Shown: positions 10,444-23,853, counted from the first letter of the stretch. The stretch is DNA of 64,000 nucleotides from Vicinamibacterales bacterium (GCA_965223015.1 CBDCVL010000004.1:129237-193236); one strand, 5' to 3'. The notes: generated by a model not told the origin, from the letters alone. Numbers and translations: made by a program.

Positions 10444-11562
10444 ATGGAACTGACTGTTCGTAAGAGTGATCTACTGCCCGAGTTGCAACTGTTTCAAGGA
10501 ATCGTCGAGAGGAAAAACACGATTCCAATTCTGGCGAATGTCCTCATTGAAGCAAATGGTGATGGCACCATGCAACTCCTTGCCACTGATCTAGAGGTCG
10601 GGCTTCGAGGTCGATGTCCGGCGTCTGTTGTAAAGGGTGGAGCACTCACTATTCCGGCGAAGAAACTCTACGAGATTGTGCGGGCTCTTCCAGACACGGA
10701 GATTCACATTAAAGAGGGTGCGAAGGGGTCGGTGAAGGTGTCGGCCGACCGTTTCGACTCGCGGATGCAAACCTTACCTCGTGAGGATTTTCCAACACTT
10801 CCTGAACCAACAAAGGAACTTCCGGCGGTCACACTTCCGCGGTCAGGGTTCAAGGAGATGGTCGGTAAGACACAGTTTGCCATTACCGGTGAAGACACAC
10901 GATATTTCTTGAACGGTGCGCTATTTGTTCTTGAACCAGACAAGATGAATCTGGTAGCGACCGATGGGCATCGCTTGGCATTAGTGTCGACGGTTCGCAA
11001 GAAGGCAAAGGGTGAGCCAGACGAGCTTCAAGCGATCTTGCCAAAGAAGACGCTGTGGGAACTGGCGCGGCTTCTGGTTGATGGTGAGGACGACCTACGG
11101 TATACGGTCGGTGAGAATCACCTTTTTTTTGACGTCGATGGGCGGCAGTTGATATCCCGGGTTATTGATGCCCAATTTCCGGCGTACGAACGCGTGATTC
11201 CAAAATCGAACAACAGAAAGATTGAATTCGAGCGCGACCGTCTCACGAGTGCGATCAAGAGGGTTGCACTGTTGTCGAGTGACCGATCGCGCGCAGTGAA
11301 ATTTAGTATTGGAAAGGAAAAGATCGACATCACGTCAAGTAGTCCTGAGGTTGGCGAGGCGACGGAGACGCTACCTATCCAGTCAGACGGCGACGAGGTT
11401 GAGATCTGTTTCAACGCGCAGTATGTTCTCGACTTTCTCGGTGTTGCTGACTCTGAGAATGTGGAACTAGACCTCAAGGATGACGTGAGCCAGGCGATCA
11501 TGAGACCTGTTGGTGCCGAGGGTTGTGAATACACCTACGTCATCATGCCGATGAGAGTGTGA
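10444..11562 (+). CDS. dnaN: DNA polymerase III beta sliding clamp
   Basis: 372-aa ORF following dnaA. It has a typical N-terminus (LQLFQGIVERKNTIPILANVLIEA) and a C-terminal MPMRV. Confidence 0.97.
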   Translation: MELTVRKSDLLPELQLFQGIVERKNTIPILANVLIEANGDGTMQLLATDLEVGLRGRCPASVVKGGALTIPAKKLYEIVRALPDTEIHIKEGAKGSVKVSADRFDSRMQTLPREDFPTLPEPTKELPAVTLPRSGFKEMVGKTQFAITGEDTRYFLNGALFVLEPDKMNLVATDGHRLALVSTVRKKAKGEPDELQAILPKKTLWELARLLVDGEDDLRYTVGENHLFFDVDGRQLISRVIDAQFPAYERVIPKSNNRKIEFERDRLTSAIKRVALLSSDRSRAVKFSIGKEKIDITSSSPEVGEATETLPIQSDGDEVEICFNAQYVLDFLGVADSENVELDLKDDVSQAIMRPVGAEGCEYTYVIMPMRV

Positions 11563-11593
11563 CCCGCGCCGGGATGGTGAAGAACAAGGCTAG

Positions 11594-14221
<2,628 letters not shown>

Positions 14222-14266
14222 GGCGCAGCCCGGGCGTCTCTGATTCCTGGTTCCTCTTACCACACC

Positions 14267-16801
14267 ATGTCAGATATCCAACCTTCCGCAACAATACCAG
14301 TCAACATCGAAGACGAGATGCGGCGCTCGTACATGGATTACGCGATGAGCGTAATCATCGGGCGGGCGCTACCTGACGTCCGGGATGGTCTCAAACCGGC
14401 CCATCGGCGCGTGATCTATGGCATGCGGCAAATGGGTCTTGGGTCCAACCGGTCCTATCGCAAGTGCGCAAAGATCGTCGGTGAAGTGATGGGCAACTAC
14501 CATCCTCACGGCGACGCGTCGATCTACGACACATTGGTGCGCATGGCCCAACCCTTCAACATGCGCTACCCGCTTGTCGATGGTCAGGGCAACTTCGGGT
14601 CGGTCGACGGCGACCCACCTGCGGCGATGCGGTATACGGAGGCCAAGCTGAAGGCATTGTCCGGCGACCTCATGGCCGACCTGGACAAGGAAACGGTCGA
14701 CTTCGTTCCGAATTACGACGAGACCACAGAGGAACCAACTGTCCTTCCAGCCCCGTACCCGAATCTGCTTGTCAACGGGTCGGCCGGCATCGCCGTGGGG
14801 ATGGCGACCAATATCCCGCCCCACAATTTGCGTGAGGTCATCGACGGGATTGTGTGGGTCGCCGAGAACCATGCCTCGCCCCGAGAGGAAAAACAACGGG
14901 CTGTGCTCGGCCTGATTTCTGGTCCCGATTTCCCGACGGGGGGCTTCATCGTCGGTCGTGCCGGTATCGCGCAGGCCTATCGCACTGGCCGAGGAAGCGT
15001 GCTGATGCGGGCGCGGACCTCGATTGAGGAGGCGAAGAAGAAGGGCGGCAAGCAGTCGATCATCGTCACCGAGATTCCGTATCAAGTGAACAAGGCTCGG
15101 CTGTTGGAGAAGATCGCCGAACTGGCTCGGGAGAAGGTGATCGAAGGCATCTCCGATCTCAGGGACGAGTCGGATCGGCGGGGCATGCGAATCGTCATCG
15201 AGTTGCGCCGTGGGGAAGTGCCGGAGGTCGTCCTTAACAACCTCTTCAAGCACACGGCGCTACAGAGCTCGTTCGGGATCATCATGCTGGCGATTGTGGC
15301 AGGGCGTCCCCGTGTGCTCACCCTGCTTGACGTCATCGAGCACTTCGTCGAGTTCCGGCGCGACGTCGTGCGGCGCCGGACCGAATTCGAGCTCAAGAAA
15401 GCGGAGGCGAGGGCACATATTCTTGAAGGTCTCAAGATTGCCCTCGACCACCTCGATGCGGTTATCAAGCTGATTCGAGGCGCCAAGACACCCGCAGAGG
15501 CCCGCGGCGGTCTGATGGAGGAGTTCTCACTGACGCAGCTCCAGGCTCAAGCGATCCTGGATATGCAGCTCCAGCGACTCACTGGCCTGGAGCGTCAGAA
15601 GATCGTCGACGAGCTGACGGAGTTGCTGACGGCCATTGAGCGCCTGCGGGCAATTCTGGAGAATGAGCAACTGCTGATGGAGATCGTCATCACTGAGCTC
15701 CGTGCGATTCAGGAGACCTACGGTGACGACCGGCGCGCCGAGATCGTCGAGGCAGCTGGTGATTTCAGCATCGAGGATTTGATCGCCGAAGAAGACATGG
15801 CGATCACCGTCAGCAACACTGGGTACGTGAAGCGGACGGCGATCACGGAATACCGAAATCAGCGGCGCGGAGGCAAGGGCCGTATCGGAATGCGGACGCG
15901 CCAAGAGGATTTCCTCACTCAACTGTTTGTTGCGTCTACCCACGCCTACATCTTGATCTTCTCGGACCGGGGACGGGTGTATTGGTTGAAGGTGCACGAG
16001 ATTCCGGATGTGGGGCCTGCTGGTCGCGGGAAGGCCATTGCGAACCTCGTCCGCATGGCGGACGGCGAGCGGGTCGCGGCTCTGCTGGCTGTCAGGGAGT
16101 TTCCGGAGACCGACAAGGAGCGGTTCGTGGTCATGGGCACGCGCCGTGGCGTCGTGAAGAAGACCGACCTTCGGGCGTACCGGCACCCCCGGGCGGACGG
16201 AATCATCGCGATCGGCGTTGAGGCCGATGACAGCGTCATGGGTGCGGAGTTGCTCGAGGGCGATGACGAGATTTTCATCGGGACACGGGCCGGTATGGCG
16301 ATTCGCTTCAAGGGGTCTGGCGTGCGCGCCATGGGTCGAACGGCACGGGGCGTTCGCGGGATTGCCCTTCGGACCGATGACGAGGTCGTTGCGATGACAG
16401 TTGTGCGACCGGAGGGGACGCTTCTCACAGTTACCGAGCGCGGCTATGGAAAGCGGACTGCGGTTGATGCGTACCGGCTGCAGGCGCGCGGCGGTCTCGG
16501 CCTGATCAACATTCAGACTAGCGAGAGAAACGGCCGCGTGACCGGTGTCGAGTATGTCGAACAGGGTGACGAGCTGATGCTCATCACGCAGGACGGCAAG
16601 ATCTTGCGGATGGTTGCGAAGGGCATCCGACCGATCGGGCGCCCGACGCAGGGGGTCAGGTTGATCGAGATCGACGGGGATGACCGTGTCGTGTCCCTGG
16701 CGCGCCTGGCAGACCAAGAGCTCACCGAGCAGGCCACAGATGATGAGGTGGAGACCTCCGACATTGAGGATGAGGACGGCGGCGGCCCGGTAGAAGGCTG
16801 A
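14267..16801 (+). CDS. gyrA: DNA gyrase subunit A
   Basis: 844-aa ORF with YHPHGDASIYDTLVRMAQ (QRDR region), the active-site AAMRYTEAKL and an acidic C-terminal tail. Confidence 0.97.
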   Translation: MSDIQPSATIPVNIEDEMRRSYMDYAMSVIIGRALPDVRDGLKPAHRRVIYGMRQMGLGSNRSYRKCAKIVGEVMGNYHPHGDASIYDTLVRMAQPFNMRYPLVDGQGNFGSVDGDPPAAMRYTEAKLKALSGDLMADLDKETVDFVPNYDETTEEPTVLPAPYPNLLVNGSAGIAVGMATNIPPHNLREVIDGIVWVAENHASPREEKQRAVLGLISGPDFPTGGFIVGRAGIAQAYRTGRGSVLMRARTSIEEAKKKGGKQSIIVTEIPYQVNKARLLEKIAELAREKVIEGISDLRDESDRRGMRIVIELRRGEVPEVVLNNLFKHTALQSSFGIIMLAIVAGRPRVLTLLDVIEHFVEFRRDVVRRRTEFELKKAEARAHILEGLKIALDHLDAVIKLIRGAKTPAEARGGLMEEFSLTQLQAQAILDMQLQRLTGLERQKIVDELTELLTAIERLRAILENEQLLMEIVITELRAIQETYGDDRRAEIVEAAGDFSIEDLIAEEDMAITVSNTGYVKRTAITEYRNQRRGGKGRIGMRTRQEDFLTQLFVASTHAYILIFSDRGRVYWLKVHEIPDVGPAGRGKAIANLVRMADGERVAALLAVREFPETDKERFVVMGTRRGVVKKTDLRAYRHPRADGIIAIGVEADDSVMGAELLEGDDEIFIGTRAGMAIRFKGSGVRAMGRTARGVRGIALRTDDEVVAMTVVRPEGTLLTVTERGYGKRTAVDAYRLQARGGLGLINIQTSERNGRVTGVEYVEQGDELMLITQDGKILRMVAKGIRPIGRPTQGVRLIEIDGDDRVVSLARLADQELTEQATDDEVETSDIEDEDGGGPVEG

Positions 16802-16836
16802 GAGAGCGAGACGAAGCGGGCGGTGTGCCGCGGACC

Positions 16837-18333
16837 CTAGATTCCGCCGAGTACCGTATCCAGCAGGTCCATGACCAGCCTCGGATACATCCCGAGCACT
16901 ATCGATGTAACGGCAATCAGTACAAGCGGAACCGTCATTGTCCATCGAGGGTCGGACAGATCCTTGGCCTCGAGGGCTGGGTTCAGGGGCCCGAAGAAGA
17001 TGCGGCGCGCCGCACCGAACGTATAGGCCACGGTGAGCGTGATTGCAACAAGGCCTCCGAGGGCCACGGTGATTCCCAGCGGTCCACTCAGCACGCCCCG
17101 CTCGAAGATTCCCGTAAACATGATCCACTCGGCGGTGAAGCTGCTGAACGGTGGAAATCCAGAGAGCATCATGCATCCCGCGATCCAAAGACCCGCGGTG
17201 ATCGGCATCTTCCGCGCCAGTCCGCCCATATCGCGCATGTCACGGACTCCGGTTGCGTAGACGACAATGCCGGCCGTCGAAAAGAAGACCGTCTTTCCCA
17301 TGATGTGGCTGAGGAAGAAGAACATGCTCCCCTGGACGCTGGCGTTCGTCAGGGCACCAAGACCGAGGACCGAGTACGCGATCTGACTGATGGTCGAGCA
17401 GGCGGCCAGGCGCTTGATGTCGGTCTGCGCCAAGGTCAGGAACGATCCGTAGACCATGGTGACGAGGGCCAGCACCATGAGCGGTGGCCCGAACATCTCG
17501 AAGTCATCGCCAAGGGGCAGCACGGCGACCCGGATCAGGATGTAGACGGCGAGATTGGCGTAGACGGCGAGCAGCCCCGCAATACAGGTGGGGTGCTCAG
17601 CATGGACCGACGGCATCCAGACGTGGAATGGGACAACCGCCAGCTTCATCATCAGACCAGCAAGAAACAACGCGAGAGCACCCGTTGTCAGAGGCCCACC
17701 CGCCATCCGGCCGAGCTCCGAGATCGCAAGGCTGCCAGTCTGGCTATAGACCATGAGTGACGCGGCAAGGAAGAGCAACGCTCCGATGATTCCCCACGAA
17801 AGGCTGACAAACGCGACGCGTACCCGTTCCCGGTAGCCGAAGTAGGCCATCAGGAAGAACAACGTGATCGTCAGCATCTCCATGAAGAAGTACAACGACA
17901 CGAGGTTGGTGCTCAGAACGGTGCCGATGAACCCAGCGGGGAAGAACGGGAGTAGATAGAAAAATCTCGCGTAGTGTTGGTCCCGGGTGGCTTTGCTCTG
18001 GTCGTGGTACAGGACATCGATTCGATGTTCGATGTAACGGATCGAGTAGAGGGCCAGAGCAGTGCACAAGAGCATGATCACGCCGAGTGTCGGAACGCTC
18101 AGACCATCGGCCATCAGACCCAGTCTGATTCCAGGAGCGATGAGGAGATACTCCTCGACAAGCACGTCGCCGCGTGTCACCGCTACGGCCGCACCGAGGA
18201 CAAGCACCGTCGTGTACAGCAGCGTCCCGGCGGTCAGCCATCCGGCGAGGTGCCCAATTCGGCGTCGCGTCAGGAAAACCACGACTGCGGCAAGAAGCGG
18301 TGCGACCAGAGTCTGCAAGAGAAGGGCAGGCAT
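16837..18333 (-). CDS. Mrp/NuoM-NuoN-like antiporter subunit (MrpD family), last gene of the cluster
   Basis: 498-aa polytopic ORF of the proton-conducting membrane transporter family (VPFHVWMPSVHAEHPT). Confidence 0.85.
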   Translation of the reverse strand: MPALLLQTLVAPLLAAVVVFLTRRRIGHLAGWLTAGTLLYTTVLVLGAAVAVTRGDVLVEEYLLIAPGIRLGLMADGLSVPTLGVIMLLCTALALYSIRYIEHRIDVLYHDQSKATRDQHYARFFYLLPFFPAGFIGTVLSTNLVSLYFFMEMLTITLFFLMAYFGYRERVRVAFVSLSWGIIGALLFLAASLMVYSQTGSLAISELGRMAGGPLTTGALALFLAGLMMKLAVVPFHVWMPSVHAEHPTCIAGLLAVYANLAVYILIRVAVLPLGDDFEMFGPPLMVLALVTMVYGSFLTLAQTDIKRLAACSTISQIAYSVLGLGALTNASVQGSMFFFLSHIMGKTVFFSTAGIVVYATGVRDMRDMGGLARKMPITAGLWIAGCMMLSGFPPFSSFTAEWIMFTGIFERGVLSGPLGITVALGGLVAITLTVAYTFGAARRIFFGPLNPALEAKDLSDPRWTMTVPLVLIAVTSIVLGMYPRLVMDLLDTVLGGI

Positions 18334-18336
18334 CGA

Positions 18337-20376
18337 CTAGCTTCCGCCCGTTCCCACGAACAGATAGACCAACAGCATGACGAACAAGACGAGAACGTAC
18401 GAAACGTTGTACAGCAGTTCCTCTGTGTCTACGCGCAGGCGATGAACGAGTTGCTCGGCCTTTCCCGTGATCAGCCACGGGAGTCGACGGTGAACGCTAC
18501 GGTCGAACGGTGCCTCGAGCTCCTCGGCGACGAATCTCGCCACGCGCGCCGCCCCCGTGACGAACAGGCGGTTGTAGAGTGCGTCGATGAACCACCGGTT
18601 CCAGAAGAACGTGTACAGCGACCGAATACCTCGATGCCGGTCGAGCAGACCCTGAGGCGTGGCCTTCCTCGCAAGATAGAGATACGCGGCTGGGGCTGCG
18701 CCTGCCACGAGGAAGAGAACTGAGAGGATGGGCACGAAAACGTGCTCCGCTGATTCTTGAACGGACGGCTCTGCCCCCCCGCCGGCGAGTACCGTCCCTT
18801 GACCGAGGCTTGCGTCGAAGCCGTGGTGGAGCACTTCTTCGGCGAACGGACCTCCCAGGCCGGCGATGATAATGGTCCCCGCTAACAATCCCGACGCGAG
18901 CCGCATCGAGATCGCGCCGTCGTTCATGTGCCCGCCGGATCGGGCTGCCTGAGTGAGATGAGGGCTTTCCGGTCCATGGAACACCATCCCGAAGAAGCGG
19001 ACGGTGTAAAACGCGGTGATCGCCACCGTGACGAGCGCGAGTGCGAACAATGGAGTGTTTGCTTCAGCCGCGACGAGGAGCACAGCATCCTTGCTCCAGA
19101 ATCCCGGGAACGGTGGAAGCCCCACGAGCGACAGCGCGGCGATGAGCGTGAACAACCACGTCAGCGGCAGGTGCCGGCGCATGCTCCCCATGTCGTGGAT
19201 GTAGATCGAGTGCACCGCATGGATCACGGTCCCCGCACAGAGAAAGAGACACGCCTTGAAGAGAGCATGACTTACGAGATGAAAGATGCCGGAGGTATAC
19301 CCATCGAGAAGGAGCCCGGGCGACAGGCCAGCAGCGCCAAGGCCAAGCAGCATGTATCCGATTTGACTCACCGTCGAATAAGCCAAGACCTTCTTAAGCT
19401 CCACGGCCACCATGCCCTGAGTTGCCGCAAGGAACGCCGTAAAGGCTCCAACCCAGGCCGTGACGTGGAAGAACCAGGCGGCTTCGCCAATTCCGGCCAC
19501 CCAGTACCCGTAGCAAAACAGTGGGACAAGCCGAGCGACGAGGTAGACACCGCTCTTCACCATTGTTGCGGCGTGAATGAGAGCCGACACTGGTCCCGGC
19601 CCGGCCATGGCTTCCGGAAGCCACTCGTGGAACGGGAATTGAGCGGACTTGCCGATGGGACCTGCCAGGAAGAGCAGACTCACCAGGGTGATCATGCCGG
19701 GAGTCTGGCCCATGTCCTCCAGCCACACCGGAGCCGTTTCGTATAGCTCGAGAATATTGAGCGTGCCCGCGAAGTAGTACGTGACCAGGATCCCGCCCAG
19801 CATGAGCATGTCGCCAACACCGGTCACGATGAGCGCCTTGATCGAAGCCTGCGACGGCGTGACAAACGGAGACGGGGCCGGACCGCCGATCCAATACTTT
19901 CGTTGGTCCTCGTGGTAGAAGCCAATGAGTCCGTAGCTGCAGACGCCCACCAGCTTCCATCCGACAAACATGAACAAGAGATTGCTGGAGAGTACGAGCA
20001 GCAACATGCTGCCGATGAACCCGTTCATCCACATCCAGAAGCGGGTCTGGGCAGGGTCTCCCTTCATATACCCAAGGCAGTAGATCATGATGACGGCACT
20101 GATCACAGCCACGACATTGGCGAGTACGATGCTCAAGGGGTCGACCAGAACGCCGAATCCGATCCGCAGGGGATGCTCCAGCCACGCGACCTCCTGCTCG
20201 AGCGGCAACCCGTCCGGATGGAAGACCCAGGGGAGGAGGCTGAGCGCGGCCCCTGCGGCGACGATTGCAAAGAAGACCGCCCCAAGATCCCGAGCTGTAC
20301 GATGAACGCGAGCCAGCAGTGGCGTGACGGCCGCTCCGACCAGCGGTGAGAAGATGCAGATCCACGCAGCCGTCAC
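18337..20376 (-). CDS. NuoL/MrpA-N-like antiporter subunit with a long C-terminal extension
   Basis: 679-aa ORF with SAQFPFHEWLPEAMAGPGPVSALIHAATMV. A C-terminal extension of about 150 aa ends in a TM segment, consistent with the lateral helix of NuoL-type subunits. Confidence 0.85.
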   Translation of the reverse strand: MTAAWICIFSPLVGAAVTPLLARVHRTARDLGAVFFAIVAAGAALSLLPWVFHPDGLPLEQEVAWLEHPLRIGFGVLVDPLSIVLANVVAVISAVIMIYCLGYMKGDPAQTRFWMWMNGFIGSMLLLVLSSNLLFMFVGWKLVGVCSYGLIGFYHEDQRKYWIGGPAPSPFVTPSQASIKALIVTGVGDMLMLGGILVTYYFAGTLNILELYETAPVWLEDMGQTPGMITLVSLLFLAGPIGKSAQFPFHEWLPEAMAGPGPVSALIHAATMVKSGVYLVARLVPLFCYGYWVAGIGEAAWFFHVTAWVGAFTAFLAATQGMVAVELKKVLAYSTVSQIGYMLLGLGAAGLSPGLLLDGYTSGIFHLVSHALFKACLFLCAGTVIHAVHSIYIHDMGSMRRHLPLTWLFTLIAALSLVGLPPFPGFWSKDAVLLVAAEANTPLFALALVTVAITAFYTVRFFGMVFHGPESPHLTQAARSGGHMNDGAISMRLASGLLAGTIIIAGLGGPFAEEVLHHGFDASLGQGTVLAGGGAEPSVQESAEHVFVPILSVLFLVAGAAPAAYLYLARKATPQGLLDRHRGIRSLYTFFWNRWFIDALYNRLFVTGAARVARFVAEELEAPFDRSVHRRLPWLITGKAEQLVHRLRVDTEELLYNVSYVLVLFVMLLVYLFVGTGGS

Positions 20377-20380
20377 CGTC

Positions 20381-21916
20381 TCACCTCAGTAGTCGGGCCG
20401 GAATCGCGGGCTCGATGAATCGAGACACGACCTCGCCATTGAAGAGGCCAAGGAGAATGGTGCCTAGCGCCAGAATCATCATTGGGACGAGCATCGTCAT
20501 CGGCACGTCATCGCTCCTGATGCCTTCCTGACGGGACACGATTACGGCATCAGTGTCACGGTTCAAGACGCTCGCCTCGTTCTCCGCCGGCGGGAGGTAC
20601 ATGTACCGAATCACGTTGGAAAGGTAGGTCAGGGCGAGCACGCTGCTTGTCAGGATCACCCCGACGAACACCCAGTGCTCTCGCTCAATTGCACCCAGAA
20701 GCAGATAGAGCTTGCTGAAGAACCCACCGGTTGGAGGGATTCCAATCATGGCAAGGGTACACACAGCGAAAGTCGCAGCGGTCCATGGCATGCGGGAAGA
20801 AAGATTCCGCAAGGAGCGGATTTCTCGAATCCCCGTCCGATAGCTGATTGCTCCAGCCACAAGAAAAAGGCCGCCCTTCATGAACGCATGGTTGACGAGG
20901 TGGAGCACGCCGCTAGTGAAGCCTGCTGCGTTGGCTAGGCCAATACCAAGCACGATGTAGCCGATCTGCGCGACCGACGAGTACGCCAACATCCGCTTGA
21001 GGTCCGCCTGGGCTATCGCCATGACGGAACCCAGAATCATCGCGATGGCTCCCATCCAGCTCAACAGGGTTGTGACCGGAATCGTGTCGATCGAGAACCG
21101 CGGTTCAAAAACGTAGAACATTCCCCGAATGAGCACATACACAGCGACCTTCGTCGTCGTGGCGGCAACCAGGGCGCTGACCGCGGACGGGGCGTAGGTG
21201 TAGGCACCTGGGAGCCACGAGTGCATCGGGAACAGCGCCATCTTGATCGAGATTCCGATCACGAAGAACGCGAACCCTACGAGGACAACGTTCGAATCGT
21301 AGAGGTCGGGAAGAATGAGCGCGAGGTCGGCCATATTGAGCGTGCCGGTCACGCTGTAGAGATACCCGACAGACAGAAGATAGAATGCTGCCCCGACGGT
21401 TCCAAGAATGACGTAGCGAAAGGCTGAGACGGCGGCCCGGCCGCCGCCAATCGACACGAGCGCATAGCTCGTCAAAGAAGAGATCTCGAGGAATACGTAG
21501 AGGTTGAACATGTCGGCGGTCGACACGAGGCCCGTGAGCCCGCTGACCAGGAGGAGGTACACGCTGTAGAAGGGCACCTCCTTTTCCGGTAGTTCCTTGA
21601 GGACGCTTTTCTTCGAATAGATACCAACCAGGAGCGTGATGAAAGTCAGCAGGAGCAGCATGAGGGCGGCGAGGTGATCGATGCGGAACGCAATGCCCCA
21701 CGGTGGCGCCCACCCGCCCATGTAGTACTCGAGCGGACCACGTGTGAGGACCTCTCGTGCGGCGACGATCGAGGTCCCAAACGAGAAGCTGAGCGCGGCC
21801 AGGGTTAGCGGGAACACGGCGCGCCGGGACCACAACCCCAACAACGGAAGAATGAGCGACGTGACAAGTGGGGCGGCAACGATGAGAACCGGAACCGCGG
21901 ACTGATGAACGTTCAT
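20381..21916 (-). CDS. mrpD: MrpD/NuoN-like antiporter subunit
   Basis: 511-aa polytopic ORF with FPMHSWLPGAYTYAPSAVSALV. Confidence 0.85.
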   Translation of the reverse strand: MNVHQSAVPVLIVAAPLVTSLILPLLGLWSRRAVFPLTLAALSFSFGTSIVAAREVLTRGPLEYYMGGWAPPWGIAFRIDHLAALMLLLLTFITLLVGIYSKKSVLKELPEKEVPFYSVYLLLVSGLTGLVSTADMFNLYVFLEISSLTSYALVSIGGGRAAVSAFRYVILGTVGAAFYLLSVGYLYSVTGTLNMADLALILPDLYDSNVVLVGFAFFVIGISIKMALFPMHSWLPGAYTYAPSAVSALVAATTTKVAVYVLIRGMFYVFEPRFSIDTIPVTTLLSWMGAIAMILGSVMAIAQADLKRMLAYSSVAQIGYIVLGIGLANAAGFTSGVLHLVNHAFMKGGLFLVAGAISYRTGIREIRSLRNLSSRMPWTAATFAVCTLAMIGIPPTGGFFSKLYLLLGAIEREHWVFVGVILTSSVLALTYLSNVIRYMYLPPAENEASVLNRDTDAVIVSRQEGIRSDDVPMTMLVPMMILALGTILLGLFNGEVVSRFIEPAIPARLLR

Positions 21917-22305
21917 CCCGAGGACTGGATTCTCTCGAGCAACTCGTCCTCCTCGAGCGTCCCGTAGCTCTTGTGGATCTGAAGGAGGAGTGCCAGCGCA
22001 ACGCCCGTGGTCGCAACGCCCACAACGATCGCCGTCAGCATCAACACGTGCGGGAGGGGGTTCACATACTGTGCGGCCTCAATAATCGGTGTCGCATCGT
22101 GGTCGTGGCTTCCCACAACGATCGGGATCGTCCCGCCGCGCTTGGCCGAGAGCGACACGACGAACAAGATGATCGACCACTGAAAGATGTTCATGCCCAC
22201 AAGCTTCTTGATCAGGTTCCTCTTGCCGGTCATGGCGTAGAAGCCAATCATCATCAGGGTGATGTAGGTGACGTTGTGGAAGTTTCCGATGAGAAAGTCG
22301 AGCAT
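21913..22305 (-). CDS. mrpC: MrpC/MnhC (NuoK-like) subunit
   Basis: 130-aa, 3-TM ORF whose start overlaps the preceding gene in the operon. Confidence 0.8.
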   Translation of the reverse strand: MLDFLIGNFHNVTYITLMMIGFYAMTGKRNLIKKLVGMNIFQWSIILFVVSLSAKRGGTIPIVVGSHDHDATPIIEAAQYVNPLPHVLMLTAIVVGVATTGVALALLLQIHKSYGTLEEDELLERIQSSG

Positions 22306-22312
22306 GTCCCAG

Positions 22313-22747
22313 TTACTCGAAGCTCAAGAGATCGTGGAAGATCGAAACCATCGCGGCTGTGACGGTCACTCCGACTCCGATCTCGATCCCGAGCATGCCC
22401 ACGCTGCGTGGCTCTGACACGGGGAGGACGCTGTAGTCGAGAAAATTGGCTCCGAGGGCAAGGCAGGCCAGGCCGATACCGGCATAGAGCAAGACGCCAC
22501 CGCTGGTCATCACAGTAATGGCTTGCAGGGGGAACCGTCGCCTGACTTCCTCGATGCCGTCGCCAAACGCCAGAAGGATAAAACTCGATGCGAGGATCAC
22601 TCCGCCCTGAAAGCCGCCGCCCGGGCTGCTGTGCCCGTGCATGATGACGTAGAGGCCAAAAATTTGCGCAAAGGGTGCCACGAGCCTACAGATGACGCGG
22701 ACGATGCTGCTCGCCTGGTCGCGAGTCTGGGGCGGCGGGTTCGTCAC
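22313..22747 (-). CDS. mrpB: MrpB/MnhB domain subunit
   Basis: 144 aa with HGHSSPGGGFQGGVILAS, the MnhB signature. Confidence 0.8.
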   Translation of the reverse strand: MTNPPPQTRDQASSIVRVICRLVAPFAQIFGLYVIMHGHSSPGGGFQGGVILASSFILLAFGDGIEEVRRRFPLQAITVMTSGGVLLYAGIGLACLALGANFLDYSVLPVSEPRSVGMLGIEIGVGVTVTAAMVSIFHDLLSFE

Positions 22748-23028
22748 CTCCGATCCTCCTCGCGTCCCGGCCGGAGGATCAGGAGTACGGCCAGTGCTCC
22801 CGTAAAGATCACCGTGACTTCTCCCAACGTGTCAAAGCTACGATAGTCTGCGAGAACCGAGGTCACCATATTGGGGACCGCAGTCTCTTCGAAACTTTGT
22901 TCGATGTACCGGGGTGAGACATGAAGAGCCGGCGGCGACTGTGGGTCACCGGTGGCAGGCATATCGAGTGAACCAAGGACAAGCAGCAGTCCCGTCACCA
23001 CAGTCGCGACAAGGTGGAGATAGTTCAA
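22744..23028 (-). CDS. MbhE-like small subunit (equivalent to part of the MrpA C-terminal region)
   Basis: 94 aa with NMVTSVLADYRSFDTLGEVTVIF. Confidence 0.7.
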   Translation of the reverse strand: MNYLHLVATVVTGLLLVLGSLDMPATGDPQSPPALHVSPRYIEQSFEETAVPNMVTSVLADYRSFDTLGEVTVIFTGALAVLLILRPGREEDRR

Positions 23029-23270
23029 TCCCGACTCACTCTCACCGTCTTGAATACGGTCACGACGAAGAACACCGTTGTCACTCCGGCCCCGACCGCC
23101 GCTTCCGTGAACGCGACGTCAACGGCCCCCATCTCGATCCATAGCAGGCACATGAACAAGCTAAACGCGCTCAGCAAGACGACTGAAACGAGTAAGTCAC
23201 GCACCGTTACGGCTGCAACAGCGCAGACGACCGTGAGAGCCAACAACGCGATGTCGAGTTGCCAGATCAC
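23025..23270 (-). CDS. DUF4040/MbhD-like small subunit (equivalent to part of the MrpA C-terminal region)
   Basis: 81-aa, 3-TM ORF located between mrpG and the MbhE-like gene. Its start and stop overlap the neighbouring genes. Confidence 0.65.
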   Translation of the reverse strand: MIWQLDIALLALTVVCAVAAVTVRDLLVSVVLLSAFSLFMCLLWIEMGAVDVAFTEAAVGAGVTTVFFVVTVFKTVRVSRD

Positions 23271-23569
23271 CGGCTGTCCCCGTCGGTCCAGAATGGCACG
23301 TGGTTCTTGTGGGCAGCTCTGGCGATCGCGTGTGTCGCCGTCGGGCTGGTGACGAAGATGAAAAGGGCAATGACCAGCAGTTTGAGGCTCGCGAGGTGGA
23401 GCCCCTCAGCACACGCCAGGCCGGTCAGCACCAGGAGGCTTCCAAGCGTTTCGCACTTTCCTGCAGCGTGCATTCTCGTGTAGAAGTCCGGAAACCGGAT
23501 CAGTCCCACGCCACCCATGAACAGGAAGAAGACCCCCGAGCAGATGAGGACAACGGCGACAACTGTCAT
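23267..23569 (-). CDS. mrpG: MrpG/MnhG subunit
   Basis: 100 aa with GLIRFPDFYTRMHAAGKCETLG. Confidence 0.85.
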   Translation of the reverse strand: MTVVAVVLICSGVFFLFMGGVGLIRFPDFYTRMHAAGKCETLGSLLVLTGLACAEGLHLASLKLLVIALFIFVTSPTATHAIARAAHKNHVPFWTDGDSR

Positions 23570-23853
23570 CGCAGCGACCCAGAATGCTCCACGCCTTTTT
23601 GTTCGAAATACCGTGACAAGGCGAGCGCCCCGATGAAGTTGATGAGCGCATAGAGAAACGCGATATCGATAAAGAACTCAACTCGTTCGAACAGGTACCC
23701 GGTTAACACGATGACCGCAATCGTCTTGGTTCCGATGACGTTGACGCCAACAATGCGGTCGAGGATGGTAGGCCCCGCTACAACCCGGTAGAGTGACAGC
23801 AGCACTGTGAAGAGAATGGCAAGAGAGACGGTCAGAAAGAAGCTGTACGTCAC
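23566..23853 (-). CDS. mrpF: MrpF/MnhF subunit
   Basis: 95 aa with RVVAGPTILDRIVGVNVIGTK. Confidence 0.85.
   Translation of the reverse strand: MTYSFFLTVSLAILFTVLLSLYRVVAGPTILDRIVGVNVIGTKTIAVIVLTGYLFERVEFFIDIAFLYALINFIGALALSRYFEQKGVEHSGSLR

Noticed and set aside
15527-17188. 553-aa ORF on the minus strand
   Set aside because: It is entirely antisense to gyrA, whose identity is unambiguous. Long antisense ORFs are expected at this GC content, and the translation is Arg/Pro/Gly-rich with no motifs.
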